Below are positions 30,520-38,774 of a stretch of 64,000 bases of DNA, piece by piece; position 1 is the first letter of the stretch; each line of letters opens with the position of its first letter. This DNA is from Candidatus Omnitrophota bacterium (GTDB lineage: Bacteria > Omnitrophota > Gorgyraeia > Gygaellales > Profunditerraquicolaceae). The notes beneath the pieces were generated by a model. The model had not been told where the DNA came from and did no database searches. It saw nothing but the letters and a program-made list of their open reading frames with translations. Position numbers and translations under genes: made by a program. The stretch lies in assembly GCA_028715785.1 (NCBI GenBank), contig JAQURC010000007.1, forward strand, positions 22,884 to 86,883, in the 5' to 3' direction.

Positions 30520-30987
30520 TTATTTTAATTCTCCCGATAAATTAACCATCTCAATAGCAGAAAGAGCCGCGTCCCTGCCTTTGTTGCCATCCTTAGAACC
30601 TGCCCGCTCCACTGCCTGCTCGATGCTGTCTGCGGTAATTATACCAAAGATAACCGGTAAATTGCAATCTAAAGATACCTTGGCGATTCCTTTTGCAACT
30701 TCGGAAGCAATATAATCAAAATGCGGAGTTGCCCCGCGGATCACCGTGCCTAAGCAGATCAGGGCGTCAAAAGATTTTGTTTTAGCCATTTTCTGGGCGA
30801 TCATCGGGACCTCAAATGCCCCGGGAACCCAGGCTACCGTAATATCTTTTTCTTCAACGCCATGCCTGATCAAAGTATCGATACAGCCGCTGACCAGCTC
30901 CTTGGTCATAAAATCATTAAACCGGGAAGCCACCAAACCAAAACTCTGCCCCTTTGCCAACAGTTTGCCTTCAATTACTTTTACCAT
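30520..30987 (-). CDS. ribH: 6,7-dimethyl-8-ribityllumazine synthase
   Basis: 155 aa lumazine synthase ([12 protein letters not shown]...GAFEVP). Confidence 0.9.
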   Translation of the reverse strand: MVKVIEGKLLAKGQSFGLVASRFNDFMTKELVSGCIDTLIRHGVEEKDITVAWVPGAFEVPMIAQKMAKTKSFDALICLGTVIRGATPHFDYIASEVAKGIAKVSLDCNLPVIFGIITADSIEQAVERAGSKDGNKGRDAALSAIEMVNLSGELK

Positions 30988-31001
30988 ATTTCCTCCTCTT
31001 C

Positions 31002-32210
31002 TTAGAGCTCTAACTGATGCCCTAGTTTCTCTTTTTTTGTTTTTAAATATTTATAATTTTCCGCGTTAGGCTCAATCTCTAAAGGCAGGCGCTCGGAAAC
31101 CTCCAGGCCATAACCTTCTAAACCCACAATCTTGCGCGGGTTATTCGTCAATAACCTTATCTTTTTAACCCCTAAATCTACCAGGACCTGGGCCCCGATG
31201 CCGTAATCGCGCAGATCAGCCTTATGCCCCAATGCTTCATTGGCCTGGACAGTATCCATACCCTGATCCTGAAGATTATAGGCGCGCATCTTCTCAACCA
31301 ATCCAATGCCCCTGCCCTCCTGGTTCATATAAAGGATTACGCCTTTCTTCTGGCGGGCAATAATCTGCATGGCCTTCTCTAACTGCCGGCCGCAGTCACA
31401 GCGTAATGAACCAAAAACATCTCCTGTCAAGCACTCCGAATGCACGCGCACTAATATTGATTCATCCGACCAGCTGCCCATGCACAAAGCAATATGCGTT
31501 TGGCCGTTAGTTTTATCGCGATAAATAATTAATTTAAATTCTCCGAATTTTGTCGGCAATTTCGTCTGGACAATTGCTTCCACTAATTTTTCTCTCCTGC
31601 GGCGGTATTCAATAAGGCCAGCAATAGTGCAGATCTTTAAACTATGCTTCTTGGCAAACTCCAGGAGCTGCGGCAGGCGGGCCATGGAGCCGTCATCATT
31701 CATAATCTCGCAAATCACTCCGGCCGGATAAAGCCCGGCCAGGCGCATTAAATCCAGGCTGGCTTCTGTATGCCCTGCCCTGACTAAAACTCCGCCCAGG
31801 CGGCAGCGTAAAGGAAAAACATGCCCCGGACGGATCAAATCCTCCGGCTTGGTTTGAGGATTAATCAAAACTTCAATTGTCCTGGCCCGGTCATGGGCGG
31901 AAATTCCCGTAGTTACCCCGCGGGAAGCGTCCACCGAAATCATCCAGGCAGTCTTAAAAGGATCTTCTTTGGAAACCGCCAGAGTATTCTTAAGCATCGG
32001 GTCAAGCTCCAGGAAACGCAGCCTTTCTTCCTCCATCGGAACACAGATCAGCCCCCGTCCGAATTTAGCCATAAAGTTTATGTCTTCGGGCTTTACGCTT
32101 GAGGCAGCCATCACCAAATCGCCTTCATTTTCGCGGTCCTCATCGTCAATGACGACCACCATCTTTCCGGCTTTTAAATCCTCAAGAATTTCTGGAATAC
32201 TGTTAAACAC
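31002..32210 (-). CDS. ribBA: bifunctional 3,4-dihydroxy-2-butanone-4-phosphate synthase / GTP cyclohydrolase II
   Basis: 402 aa with a DHBP synthase N-half ([12 protein letters not shown]) and a GCHII C-half (CxxC...C zinc site, RCDCGRQL). GTG start at 32208-32210. Confidence 0.9.
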   Translation of the reverse strand: MFNSIPEILEDLKAGKMVVVIDDEDRENEGDLVMAASSVKPEDINFMAKFGRGLICVPMEEERLRFLELDPMLKNTLAVSKEDPFKTAWMISVDASRGVTTGISAHDRARTIEVLINPQTKPEDLIRPGHVFPLRCRLGGVLVRAGHTEASLDLMRLAGLYPAGVICEIMNDDGSMARLPQLLEFAKKHSLKICTIAGLIEYRRRREKLVEAIVQTKLPTKFGEFKLIIYRDKTNGQTHIALCMGSWSDESILVRVHSECLTGDVFGSLRCDCGRQLEKAMQIIARQKKGVILYMNQEGRGIGLVEKMRAYNLQDQGMDTVQANEALGHKADLRDYGIGAQVLVDLGVKKIRLLTNNPRKIVGLEGYGLEVSERLPLEIEPNAENYKYLKTKKEKLGHQLEL

Positions 32211-32225
32211 CTAAACTTGCTCCTT

Positions 32226-32259
32226 TTAAAAAAAATAACCCGAAGAGGCAATCTTCGGG
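32226..32259 (-). terminator. FMN-riboswitch expression platform: intrinsic terminator
   Basis: The minus strand reads CCCGAAGA-GGCAA-UCUUCGGG followed by UUAUUUUUUUUAA, lying between the aptamer and the ribBA start codon. Confidence 0.75.
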
Positions 32260-32274
32260 CGCATTAATTTTAAT

Positions 32275-32392
32275 CTTCTCTCATCTGGACTATCACCATC
32301 GGCCCTGGAATCTCACCAGATCTGCTCGCCACTGAACTAATGGCAGGCTCGCGGGCTAAACCGCCGGTAAGGATTTACACCTTGCCCTAAAG
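32275..32392 (-). promoter_or_regulatory. FMN riboswitch (RFN element) aptamer controlling ribBA-ribH-nusB-PHP-ribD-ribE
   Basis: The minus strand reads ...AGGGCAAGGUGUAAAUCCUUACCGGCGGUUUAGCCCGCGAGC...CAGAUCUGGUGAGAUUCCAGGGCCGAUGGUGAUAGUCCAGAUGAGAGAAG. This matches the conserved RFN cores GGGCAGGGUGAAAUUCCC..ACCGGCGGU..AGCCCGCGAGC and GGUGAGAUUCCGGAGCCGACGGUAUAGUCCGGAUGGGAGAAG. Confidence 0.85.
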
Positions 32393-32406
32393 ATTAATTG
32401 TTTATT

Positions 32407-32434
32407 ATTATAGCAGAGAACAAATTCTTGTCAA
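32407..32434 (-). promoter_or_regulatory. sigma70-type promoter of the rib operon/riboswitch (TTGACA-16-TATAAT)
   Basis: The minus strand reads TTGACAagaatttgttctctgcTATAAT, ending about 8 nt before the aptamer start. Its -35 overlaps the -35 of the divergent plus-strand promoter. Confidence 0.6.
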
Positions 32435-32456
32435 TACAATTAAAAACGATTATAAT
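32428..32456 (+). promoter_or_regulatory. sigma70-type promoter (TTGTCA-17-TATAAT) for the CinA-C/thpR genes; predicts a leaderless or near-leaderless mRNA
   Basis: The plus strand reads TTGTCAatacaattaaaaacgatTATAAT. The -10 ends 1 nt before the GTG at 32457 and 7 nt before the ATG at 32463. Confidence 0.5.
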
Positions 32457-32939
32457 GTGGTTATGCCCTATAAAATCCTAAAGCAGGCGCATAAAAAATT
32501 GCTTGAGAAGAAAAAAACCGTCGCCGTTGCCGAATCCTGCAGCGGAGGGCTTCTCTCTTACCTCTTAACTGATATTCCCGGCTCTTCAAGATATTTTCTT
32601 TTAGGGGTAGTTGCCTACAGCAACAACTCCAAAGAAAAAATCCTGAATATTCCCGCAAAAACAATTGCCAGATACACGGCGGTATCCGGCCGGGTAGCGG
32701 CATTAATGGCAGAAAATGTCCGCAAAAAAGCAAAATCCGACTTTGGCTTAAGCATAACCGGGATTGCCGGGCCCGCGGGAGCAACCGCGAATAAACCCGT
32801 AGGCACTGTCTTTATCTGCCTGTCCGATAAAAACAAAACCAACTGCCGGAAATTTTCATTCCGGGGAAACCGCCGGCAGATCCGCAAGAGATCCGCAGAA
32901 GAGGCATTGCGTTTATTATGCGCGCGTTTATCGCCATAA
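32457..32939 (+). CDS. CinA C-terminal domain protein (PncC-like NMN amidohydrolase)
   Basis: 160 aa with a CinA-C signature (TVAVAESCSGGLLSYLLTDIPGSS...GIAGPAG). The true start may be the ATG at 32463. Confidence 0.85.
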   Translation: MVMPYKILKQAHKKLLEKKKTVAVAESCSGGLLSYLLTDIPGSSRYFLLGVVAYSNNSKEKILNIPAKTIARYTAVSGRVAALMAENVRKKAKSDFGLSITGIAGPAGATANKPVGTVFICLSDKNKTNCRKFSFRGNRRQIRKRSAEEALRLLCARLSP

Positions 32940-33490
32940 AGCTGCCTGCCGATATCAAAAACGCTGTTTCCAGAATGCAGGATAAATTAAAACTTGTCTT
33001 GCCTAAAGTCAGCTGGGTCAAACCGGTTAACCTGCACCTTAGCTTAAAATTCCTCGGCGAGATTTCTCCCAAACAACTGGACAAAATTAATCAAATCACC
33101 GCGGAAACAGTAGAAACAATTACTGCCTTTAGAATTAAACTGGAGTCTCTGGGGGCATTCCCGAATCTTGCTTCTGCCCGGATAATTTGGATAGGCGCCG
33201 ACCAGCTGCCCAAGGCCTTAGAACAAATTGTCGCGCAGCTGGAAACCAAGCTTGCCGGAATAGGAATAGCCAAAGAGGACCGCCCCTTCCGCGCGCATAT
33301 TACTATCGGCCGCATCAAAGGCCGCCTTGATCCTGGCGATTTAGAAAAAGGGATCAATCAGGCAAAGAATGATGTGGTTTATGAAAATTTGGAATTTAAC
33401 ACCCCGGGAATTACTTTGTTTGAAAGCACGCCGGGTAAGGATGGGCCAACTTATACCGTCTTAAAAGAAACTAATTTTAAAATTACCTGA
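32918..33490 (+). CDS. thpR: RNA 2',3'-cyclic phosphodiesterase (2H family, LigT/ThpR)
   Basis: 190 aa with two HxT/S motifs (HLSLKF and HITIGR). Confidence 0.85.
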   Translation: MRAFIAIKLPADIKNAVSRMQDKLKLVLPKVSWVKPVNLHLSLKFLGEISPKQLDKINQITAETVETITAFRIKLESLGAFPNLASARIIWIGADQLPKALEQIVAQLETKLAGIGIAKEDRPFRAHITIGRIKGRLDPGDLEKGINQAKNDVVYENLEFNTPGITLFESTPGKDGPTYTVLKETNFKIT

Positions 33491-33930
33491 AGCAGGATAT
33501 TGGTATAAACCCCGGCGATCAAATCATCGGCCATCACCCCGGCTGAGCCGTGCAGATCCTGCAGCCTTCCGGCAGGATAGGGCTTAAAGGTATCCAGGAT
33601 CCGAAAGATCACAAAAGCCAGGACAACAATTTTTAAATCCGCCGGCAGAAAACTAAGGGCAATAAGCATACCCGCCACTTCATCGATAACCACGCAGCTG
33701 GGGTCTTTTTTATTCAACAACTTCTCCATCCGGCCGCTGGTTAAAAACCCCAAAACTATTATGCAAAGGACACCTAAAAAATAAACAAGCCGACCGGATC
33801 CCCAAAGCAAGTAAAACAAGCCGGCCCCGGCGATACTGCCGAATGTCCCCGGTATTAAAGGCAGATAGCCGATAAAAAAAACCGAGGCTATTGTTTTAAC
33901 CAGGAAATTCCCCAAATTATTGAACTTCAT
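33451..33930 (-). CDS. pgpA: phosphatidylglycerophosphatase A
   Basis: PgpA family (IGYLPLIPGTFGS). Preferred start is the internal MKFNNLG at 33928-33930, which gives a 4-nt overlap with the pgsA stop. The ORF track's upstream extension to 34044 would run 118 nt into pgsA. Confidence 0.8.
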   Translation of the reverse strand: MKFNNLGNFLVKTIASVFFIGYLPLIPGTFGSIAGAGLFYLLWGSGRLVYFLGVLCIIVLGFLTSGRMEKLLNKKDPSCVVIDEVAGMLIALSFLPADLKIVVLAFVIFRILDTFKPYPAGRLQDLHGSAGVMADDLIAGVYTNILLQVILKLVSFKTV

Positions 33931-34505
33931 AGGCGGGTAATTACCTTGCGGTTTTCCCAAAGGTATGACAAACCGGAATAAAGAGTTAAGCCGACGGTGA
34001 TTAACATCAGGAAAAAGATCCCCTGGCGGAAGACCTTTTCCCATCCGGGGTTCCAGGTATAATATTGCAGCACGATCTCTTTAAACAGGATAAAACCAAG
34101 GATCGCGAAGATAACGCTCATCTGCAGAACAGTTTTATGCTTGCCTGCCCGGCCGGCGGATAAGACCTTGCCTTTATTTAAAGCAAACATCCGCAGCGAA
34201 GTGATCAGTATCTCGCGCGAAACAATAATCACAAACATCCAGGCATCGATTAACTGCAGCTGCACAAATGCCGCAAAAGCAGCCAGGACCAGGATTTTAT
34301 CGGCGATAGGGTCCATCAGCCTGCCGAAATCCGTCACCATATTCCTGCGCTGGGCGATCATTCCGTCAAATAAATCGGATAACGCTGCCAGGGTAAAAAC
34401 GACCAGGCTAAGCACTTTAAACCAAAGCCCATGGCAAAACAAAAAGAACATAAATACAAAAGTCAATAAGATCCGCGACATGGTAAGACGGTTGGCAAGG
34501 TTCAT
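33927..34505 (-). CDS. pgsA: CDP-diacylglycerol--glycerol-3-phosphate 3-phosphatidyltransferase
   Basis: 192 aa with the CDP-alcohol phosphatidyltransferase motif (DxxDGxxAR...G...D: ALSDLFDGMIAQRRNMVTDFGRLMDPIADK). Confidence 0.88.
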   Translation of the reverse strand: MNLANRLTMSRILLTFVFMFFLFCHGLWFKVLSLVVFTLAALSDLFDGMIAQRRNMVTDFGRLMDPIADKILVLAAFAAFVQLQLIDAWMFVIIVSREILITSLRMFALNKGKVLSAGRAGKHKTVLQMSVIFAILGFILFKEIVLQYYTWNPGWEKVFRQGIFFLMLITVGLTLYSGLSYLWENRKVITRL

Positions 34506-35749
34506 AGTTTTAATTCCCCCACTAAATCATACTCTAAAGTATCGGTAATTTTAACCTTCACGAATTCACCCTCTAAAAGCCGCTTCTTGCTATTTACATA
34601 AACCATCCCGTCCACCTCCGGGGCATCCGCCTGGCTGCGGCCGATATATACGCCATCCTGTTTTTCTTCGATAAGGACCGGAATGGTTTTACCCAAAAAC
34701 CTGGAATTTAATTCCGCGGCTATTTTCTGCTGCGCCGACATAATCGCCTCAAACCTGTCCTGCTTAAGCTTGCGGGCGATTTGCCCTTTAAAGTTGTAGG
34801 CCGGAGTGCCTTCTTCCCGGGAATAAACAAAGACCCCTAACCTGTCAAATTTTGCCTCTTTAACGAATTCGAGCAATTCGCCAAACTCTTCCTTTGTTTC
34901 CGAAGGAAAACCCGCAATTAGCGAGGTGCGCAAACAAACACCGGGAATTTTCTTCCTGATCTTGCCGATTAAAGACAAGATTTCCTGCCTGGTAATTTTA
35001 CGGTTCATCAGCTTCAGGATACGGTCATTGATATGCTGTATGGGCAGATCAATATATTTACATACCCGTTTGCAAGAAGCGATTAACTCAAGCAGTTCAT
35101 CGCTAATGCGTCCGGGATTCAAATACAACAGGCGGATCCAGCCGATATCAGGCGAATTACGGATTATTTTTTTTAAAAGACCTGTTAACCGGCTTCTGCC
35201 GCTAATATCTACACCAAAGCCGGTTATATCCTGGCCGATAATATTGAGTTCTGAAATTTTCTCCCGGTTGAGCCGCCTGACTTTTTGGATGATTGTCTCT
35301 TCATCCAGGCTTACCAATTTACCTTTAATTTTGGGGATCACGCAATAGCTGCATTTATTCAGGCAGCCTTCACATATTTTCAGGTAAGCGTAGTGCTTAG
35401 GGGTTAAAGCAAACCTTAATTGTTGATGGTTTGGCCCCAGTGTCCCCACAAAAGCATCAACTTCGGGCAGCTGGTTTTTTAAATCTTTGTAACGCTGCGC
35501 CAGGCAACCGTGAACAATTATCTTTTCAAGCCTTCCCTGCTTTTTTAACTCGATCAACTCAAGGATAGCATCGATTGATTCGCGTTTTGCTTCTTCGATA
35601 AAAGCACAGGTATTTACTAAAACTACCTGCGCATCTTTCAGGTCATCGACAATGGAATAACCTTTAGAATTAAGCCGCCCAAGGAGGTTTTCGGCGTCCA
35701 CCAGGTTCCTTGGGCAGCCTAAACTCAATATTCCTAATTTTTGCTTCAT
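34502..35749 (-). CDS. rimO: ribosomal protein S12 methylthiotransferase (radical SAM MTTase)
   Basis: 415 aa with an MTTase N-domain (LGILSLGCPRNLVD), a radical SAM CxxxCxxC (CEGCLNKCSYC) and a TRAM domain. Closest to RimO: PKHYAYLKICEGC aligns with E. coli RimO RHYAYLKISEGC. Confidence 0.85.
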   Translation of the reverse strand: MKQKLGILSLGCPRNLVDAENLLGRLNSKGYSIVDDLKDAQVVLVNTCAFIEEAKRESIDAILELIELKKQGRLEKIIVHGCLAQRYKDLKNQLPEVDAFVGTLGPNHQQLRFALTPKHYAYLKICEGCLNKCSYCVIPKIKGKLVSLDEETIIQKVRRLNREKISELNIIGQDITGFGVDISGRSRLTGLLKKIIRNSPDIGWIRLLYLNPGRISDELLELIASCKRVCKYIDLPIQHINDRILKLMNRKITRQEILSLIGKIRKKIPGVCLRTSLIAGFPSETKEEFGELLEFVKEAKFDRLGVFVYSREEGTPAYNFKGQIARKLKQDRFEAIMSAQQKIAAELNSRFLGKTIPVLIEEKQDGVYIGRSQADAPEVDGMVYVNSKKRLLEGEFVKVKITDTLEYDLVGELKL

Positions 35750-36534
35750 CTGGCAATCTTTAAGCCTTCTTTATTAATCAGGATATTTTTCAAAGGCTTG
35801 CCGCGCCTGCCCAGATTAGGAAAACGCTGGTCATTAACCTGCAACTCTACCGCCCCGGCGTCCCCCAATGACAATTCAATTTTTTCTTTAGCATGCCAGG
35901 TTTGGCTCCTGCCGCGGCCAAGAGCTCCGTGAAAAATAGTCTTGCCGTCGGCCTTGGCAGATATCCAGGATTTATCGCGGGCAAATATCCCCACTGTAAC
36001 CCCTTGGATCAGGTCTTTGGAAACCTTTGCCTGCGCAGCAGCGGCTGATTTCTGCGTAGAAGCAACCATAAGGATCTTGGCTTTTTCTAAAGGGCTCTTT
36101 TTACGCGAAAAGATAAACTTGATCAAATTAACTCCCAAGAATATAAAAATTACCCCCAACAGGACAAATACAGCCATCTTCTTGAGATTAAGCGAAAGGT
36201 TCATGGCATTTAATTTCATTGAAGCATCTTTAATAAAAGAAGGCTTATTTTCGATACGCCCTCCTATGGGCCTGCCGACAGTAGCATTCAATACCGGCTT
36301 AACCGGCGGCTGGCTGCTTGAGCCGATATAGTCTGCCGGATCAAGGCCAAGCGAACCACAATAAATTTTAATAAAACCTTTTAAATAAATCGGGCTTAAA
36401 TTCGAGATACTGTCGCCTTCGATGGCGCGCAACACGTTAAGATGGATCTTGGTCTTCTTCTGCACATCTTCAAGAGACAAACCTTTTTCCTGACGGATCT
36501 TTTTTAGCCGGGCCCCGGCTGTTTCGATATTCAT
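35746..36534 (-). CDS. rodZ: RodZ-like cytoskeleton protein (HTH-XRE, TM, DUF4115)
   Basis: 262 aa with an N-terminal XRE-type HTH (LKKIRQEKGLSLEDVQKKTKI), a central TM helix and a C-terminal beta-rich domain. Confidence 0.7.
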   Translation of the reverse strand: MNIETAGARLKKIRQEKGLSLEDVQKKTKIHLNVLRAIEGDSISNLSPIYLKGFIKIYCGSLGLDPADYIGSSSQPPVKPVLNATVGRPIGGRIENKPSFIKDASMKLNAMNLSLNLKKMAVFVLLGVIFIFLGVNLIKFIFSRKKSPLEKAKILMVASTQKSAAAAQAKVSKDLIQGVTVGIFARDKSWISAKADGKTIFHGALGRGRSQTWHAKEKIELSLGDAGAVELQVNDQRFPNLGRRGKPLKNILINKEGLKIAR

Positions 36535-36579
36535 GGTTTTTCTACCTCCTTGGCCACAAGGCCATACCCGCGTAACTCC

Positions 36580-38766
36580 TTATAAACGTGGGGTATTACC
36601 GCCGGTTAAATCCTTAAGCCAGGCCTGCCGGTCAACTAAAATCCTGCGCGGCTTGCTCCCTTCAAACTGGCCGACCAAACCCTCCGTCTCCATAGTATCG
36701 ATAATCCGCGCGGCGCGCGTGTACCCTAAACGCATACGCCTCTGTAGTATAGAAACCGAGGCCTGATTACTTTCCATTATAACACGCACCGCTTCATCGT
36801 AAAGCTCATCTTTTTCTCCGCCGCCAGCCAAACTGCCTTTTTGCTGGTCCTTAAGGATCTGGTCATCATAAACCGGCTCCCCTTGCGCTTTAATAAAATC
36901 GACAACCCTTTCAATCTCTGAATCTTTAACCAAAGCCCCCTGGATACGGATTAAATCTTCTTTCCCTGGCTGTAAAAATAACATATCCCCTTTACCCAGC
37001 AAAGTTTCCGCGCCATTCATATCCAGCACTGTGCGTGAATCCACTTTAGAAGCTACCTTAAAAGATACGCGGGCCGGTAAATTCGCTTTGATAACCCCGG
37101 TAATTACATCAACGCTGGGCCGCTGCGTCGCCAAAATCAAATGTATTCCTACCGCGCGGGAAAGCTGGGCCAGGCGGGTAATGGCGTTCTCAATCTGATC
37201 GCGCGCCACGCTCATTAGGTCGGCGAACTCATCTACGACTACGATGATATAAGGGATCTTCTCCTGCTTCTGGTTATAAGCCTCGATATTCCTTGCCCCG
37301 GCTTTAGACAAAAGCACATAGCGGGACTCCATTTCAGAAACCACCCAATTAAGCGCAACCGCCGCTTTCTTGGCATCCGTAACCACCGGGCATAAAAGAT
37401 GCGGCAGGCCGTTAAAAGGCATCAGCTCGACCATCTTCGGGTCAATCATTAAAAATTTCAAATCATTGGGAGATTCTTTAAAAAGCAAAGATAAGATACA
37501 GGTATTCACGCAAACGGTTTTGCCTGAACCGGTAGTCCCGGCGATCAAAAGATGCGGCATGTCATCTAAATCGCCAAATACCGGTTTACCGGTAATATCC
37601 TTGCCCAATGCCAAAGTCAAAGCTGATCTTGGTTTATGAAAATCCGCGGAAGTAAGTAAATCTTTAATGCAGACTAAAGCGCTGTGCAAATTAGGAACCT
37701 CAACCCCCACCCTGCCCTTGCCCGGGATCGGAGCAATGATCCTGATCGACTGGGCTTTAATGGCCAAAGCAATATCATCGCTTAATGCTTCGATACGGTT
37801 AATCTTTACTCCCGGAGCCGGCTCAAGCTCATAACGGGTAATTACCGGCCCGCGGATAATATCGGTGACTTTTGCCGAAATTCCGAAATCCTCCAACGTA
37901 TCTTCTAACGTCCTGGCGCAGGCCTCAAGGTCTTCCTTAATTTGCCTGGTATCGGGAGCAGGCGGCTCATCCAATAAATCTACGGAAGGCAAATGATAAT
38001 CGCCGATTTTTAACTCACCGGCCTTGGGCTTGACCTTTTCCTCCTGCGGCCTGGCCTTAATCTGAATATTTAACTTCGGCTGGTTGCCGGACTCAGGCAT
38101 AAATATTTTTGGTTTTGCCGAAGCCTGCTGCTCTTCTTTCCTAGAAAAAAGATTGGCTTTATTTTGAGGGCTGAGTTTGACTTTAACCGGAGTAGCTTTT
38201 GGCGTATTCGAAAAAGCGAATAGCCCGGAAAAAATAGATTTTAATTTTTCAACGGAGTTAAGAAACAAAGAGGAGATGAGAATCTCGGTGACTAAAGCCA
38301 AAGAAAGTATAATAAAGGTAATAAAAATAATAAACCCGCCCAAGCGGCTAAAATAAGTAGTTACAAAATTAGCGGTAAGAGTACCGAAGAATCCTGCGGT
38401 CTGGAACCTAAAGGGATCGTTGCTTAAATTAAACATTCCGATTAACGAACTTATCGAAACCAGCAATACGAACATTCCTAAAATACGCGGGATGCTTAAA
38501 TAAGGCTTGTCTTGACGGAAATATTTTACGCCAAGGGCAATCACTAAAAACGGGATAGTAAAACTGGAGATATTGCCGAAAAGCAGGACAATTATGCCGG
38601 CTAAATAGGCGCCGAAAACTCCCAGAAGGTTTTTAGGGGGAAAATTTGGATGCGAAGTGTAAAAAACAAGGTCAAGGCGGTCAAAGCGGATAAGGCTGGC
38701 TAAAACCATCAGCCCTACTGCTACCAGAACGACGCCTTTAACCTCATTTATTCTTCTTTCTCTCAC
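36580..38766 (-). CDS. ftsK: DNA translocase FtsK/SpoIIIE
   Basis: 728 aa with N-terminal TM helices, an AAA+ motor (GTTGSGKT Walker A) and a C-terminal winged-helix gamma domain. Confidence 0.92.
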   Translation of the reverse strand: MRERRINEVKGVVLVAVGLMVLASLIRFDRLDLVFYTSHPNFPPKNLLGVFGAYLAGIIVLLFGNISSFTIPFLVIALGVKYFRQDKPYLSIPRILGMFVLLVSISSLIGMFNLSNDPFRFQTAGFFGTLTANFVTTYFSRLGGFIIFITFIILSLALVTEILISSLFLNSVEKLKSIFSGLFAFSNTPKATPVKVKLSPQNKANLFSRKEEQQASAKPKIFMPESGNQPKLNIQIKARPQEEKVKPKAGELKIGDYHLPSVDLLDEPPAPDTRQIKEDLEACARTLEDTLEDFGISAKVTDIIRGPVITRYELEPAPGVKINRIEALSDDIALAIKAQSIRIIAPIPGKGRVGVEVPNLHSALVCIKDLLTSADFHKPRSALTLALGKDITGKPVFGDLDDMPHLLIAGTTGSGKTVCVNTCILSLLFKESPNDLKFLMIDPKMVELMPFNGLPHLLCPVVTDAKKAAVALNWVVSEMESRYVLLSKAGARNIEAYNQKQEKIPYIIVVVDEFADLMSVARDQIENAITRLAQLSRAVGIHLILATQRPSVDVITGVIKANLPARVSFKVASKVDSRTVLDMNGAETLLGKGDMLFLQPGKEDLIRIQGALVKDSEIERVVDFIKAQGEPVYDDQILKDQQKGSLAGGGEKDELYDEAVRVIMESNQASVSILQRRMRLGYTRAARIIDTMETEGLVGQFEGSKPRRILVDRQAWLKDLTGGNTPRL

Positions 38767-38774
38767 TTCAAGAT

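Noticed and set aside
32461-33084. Minus-strand ORFs (107, 90 and 90 aa) opposite the CinA-C/thpR genes
   Set aside because: They are antisense shadow ORFs with Arg/Cys-rich composition and no homology signal.
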